A stretch of DNA of 64,000 nt, from NCBI RefSeq assembly GCF_022045235.1, contig NW_027266279.1:11470001-11534000 (forward strand), read 5' to 3'. Shown piece by piece: positions 61,179-64,000 of the stretch. The notes under the pieces were generated by a model. That model was not told the origin of the DNA. It saw only the letters and a list, made by a program, of their open reading frames with translations, and made no database searches. The stretch comes from Haliotis cracherodii. Lineage: Eukaryota. Numbering within the stretch: the stretch's first letter is position 1; every line of letters begins with the position of its first letter. Position numbers and translations under genes: made by a program.

Positions 61179-62465
61179 TATTATATTTAATGGTATCTGA
61201 ACTCACCAAATTACTCTTTTAAAGTGTGTAGATCTGATTTAGATCTGTTTTAAAAAACTGTGATTATTTCCAAACGGTTCCTCACTCACTGATATTGATA
61301 ACAGTTATTAACGACATAAGATAATAAAAAATTCCGAAGTGTCGGCAGCAAATACAATATTGAAATCCGTATTCATTGCTGTGTCGTTCCTACTTTTACA
61401 CAACTAGCACTTCCGTCTGCACACTTCCTGTTGATAAGATCTGTAAACAAATCAGGAAGATCAGTGTTCCAAGTTCAGAAATGTTGTTGTACCACCTGAC
61501 ATTCTGATATTATCAATCACATGTTCCTGACCATAAGGTAAATTTCTATCAGGTTAGCTTCAGTATTTTTTACAATATATGTTTTATGCACCGCACCGGT
61601 CTCGTTTTGTGGGAGGGGCGGTAATCTACGGATCAGCTGCGGATGTAAACCAAAACAGAGACTGAAGTAGACCTTGATTAAAATTAAAAATGGCGCTTAT
61701 CCGACAAGTCATTTCCGGGGGATTTCCGGTGTTGATCCTGACCAAGGGTTTGTCCACATAATTTCATGAAATAATGACAGAAAACGCTTGGATGTCATAT
61801 TATCATTATTGTTGTTATTGCGAAATCAGTTTGTGATATTCATTCCGTACTGACCATTCGTGGTCTTTTTAAAATAAGCCCACTTACCCGCTGGAATCCG
61901 AGGTTTTTTTTCTGATGCACATTTTCCTTAGATCGGAAAAGTGAAGGTGTGCAAGAACTGCGGTCACACGGCACTGGATCTACCTCCGGCTGTAAAATTA
62001 CGCAGAGATGTAGAATATTAAATTTCCTATCTGATGATGGAAATTTAACTGTAAGTATTAAACCAGTTTGAAAAAAATAAGCTGACAAGTGTTGTCTGAG
62101 AAAAACAGAAAATTTCTCCGCTTTTTATTGTACACCGATAAAAGTATTGTGCAACAATATCTTTAAACTGTGAGCGAACAAAACACTGCCTAATATCAGG
62201 ACAACATAAATATATATCAAATGGAGTAATATGTATGTATAACAACATACATTCAATGCAAAAAATAGCCTGCCATAAATAACGAAAACTGATTTTCCTC
62301 TATGACGTCAAAAGGCGACAGAGAGGTTACACAGTACAAAGAACAGGGGGCATAACACCACTATTGCTTAGCGCTAGTTTATTGTAACTCATGTCACAAA
62401 GACCATTTGTCATTTGATTCTAAAATGTATGAGGAATTCAAGGATATCTGTTTCGCAAAACCGAT

Positions 62466-64000
62466 TGTCATAGAGTAACAGTTTAAACAATAAGCCACTC
62501 CCTGTAATAACTGCTCCCTTAGCAGGGAATGCTGGGAACCTCGCGACGGCTGCTTCCGCCATGATCTAAACACTCAAGAAGAGTAAATACATGACTATCC
62601 CTCTAATACCGGGTTGTCCTGTTAATTATATAACTGTATGTAGTATGGGGTTACCACATATATTGGCGACGAGGTCAATTTAGTGCGTTTGTCGTGCCGG
62701 CGAGTAGTAACAACGATCTTGGTCAGACCACGTGCGTTCGCCCGGTATTCAAAACAACATGGCTACCTTCGGCAAAATAGATGAATATGATTCTCAGACT
62801 GATGACTGGAATGAATATGTTGAGAGACTTGGACATTATTTCGAAGCAAACGAAATTACAGATCAGGGTAGGAAGCGTGCTATTCTATTGAGTGTGATTG
62901 GTGCGAAGTCATACAAGTTAATACGGAACTTGTCTACGCCACAGAAACCTGGCGATCATTCTTATGATGCGTTAGTACACCTGATGAAGTCACATTTACA
63001 CCCAAAACCCACTATTATGATGGAAAGGAGGAGGTACAATATGCGTGATAGACAGCCAAATGAAACTGTATCAGCATATGTGGCTGAGTTACGTCGTTTG
63101 GCATCGACATGTGAATACACTGATTTAGAGACTCAGTTAAGGGATCGTCTAGTGTGTGGTATCAACAATGAAGCAATGCAAAAAAAGACTGTTAACTGAG
63201 AAAACATTGGACTTTGCTAAGGCTTACTCCTTGTGTTTGGGAATGGAAATGGCTGCTAAGGAAGTGCATGATATTAAAGGGGGAGATCAGATGCCAAGGC
63301 CAGTGCACAAGATTAGAGAGGATAACAGGAGAAATAATACAGGCAGGAAGTGTGATCGCTGTGGGGGCTCAAATCATGTCAGTAGTCAGTGCTATTACAA
63401 AAACGCTGTGTGTAACAATTGTAATAAGGTTGGTCATATCCAGCGTGCTTGTCGCTCTCGCAGCGCCATGAATGATAGATCTTCAGGTCGTGGTCACAGC
63501 CGTGGTCGTGGTCGCGACAGGGGCCGTGGTCGTGGTCGTGGTACCCATTACAAGGACAACAGATCTTCCACTAATCATGCTAATCGTATTGACGATGTAT
63601 CTCAGGAAGATGAGAACAATGAATATGGACTTTTTAAGGTAGAAACTCAACATGCTCAAAATGGAATGAGTGGTAAGCGACACAGAGTGGAGCCCTATCT
63701 CATTGAAGTGTTAGTTAATGGTAAAAAGCTAACTATGGAGATAGACACTGGCGCAGCAACTTCAGTGATCAGTTCAAGTACTTTCCATTCAGTGTGGAAG
63801 GAGGGTGATAACAGGCCCAAGTTAAGTGAGACCAATGCTATTCTTCGGTCCTACAACCGAGAGAGAATACCGATAGTAGGCACTACAGACGTTCAAGTAA
63901 ATTATGGAAATCAGTCGGCTACTCTCCCGCTGACAGTGGTGGAAGGTGATGGCGAGAACTTGCTTGGCAGGGATTGGCTTCAGGCCATCAGACTAGATTG
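62466..64000 (+). mobile_element. Ty3/Gypsy LTR retrotransposon (Mag-like), 5' part: LTR about 62466-62658, PBS 62664-62673, gag-protease from 62759, truncated by the window end
   Basis: TGT...ACA LTR (5' boundary uncertain) and PBS TGGCGACGAG. Gag MATFGKIDEY..DWNEYVERL..LRDRLVCGI, two CCHC knuckles (CDRCGGSNHVSSQC, CNNCNKVGHIQRAC), protease MEIDTGA and LLGRDWL. One extra A in the A7 run at 63180-63186 shifts the frame. Confidence 0.93.

Noticed and set aside
63178-63190. A AAA AAG as a programmed -1 frameshift
   Set aside because: The shift needed is +1, and it falls within the capsid region before the zinc knuckles, not at a gag-pol junction.

Overview
Eukaryotic, intron-containing, repeat-rich DNA. 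The SINE/MITE content and gene set fit a mollusc, probably a gastropod such as abalone (inference). Five intact spliced or single-exon genes can be built by hand. (1) A 3-exon type I membrane LRR protein (+, 2613-6147). (2, 3) Two convergent inverted paralogs of an uncharacterised coiled-coil/low-complexity protein (+ 8499-10968; - 34925-32221); their promoters and non-coding first exons are also conserved, and their last exons look homogenised by gene conversion. (4) A 9-finger C2H2 protein of the ZFP91/ZNF653/ZNF692/ZNF276 type lying between them (-, 25294-22904). (5) A 4-exon AA15 lytic polysaccharide monooxygenase with a Thr-rich linker and a small 6-Cys C-terminal module (+, 53900-57918). 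A heavily decayed Toll-like-receptor-like pseudogene is probable at about 44.4-47.7 kb (-). The window ends inside a Ty3/Gypsy LTR retrotransposon. Intergenic DNA holds four SINE-like families with a shared 3' tail, several MITEs, an L1/Tx1-like LINE remnant, two Penelope-type minimal hammerhead remnants and five minisatellites. One minisatellite is a 10 x 103-bp array of long hairpins, and another grew inside a SINE. No CRISPR array, rRNA or bona fide tRNA gene was found. All alignments and counts were done by eye and should be recomputed.
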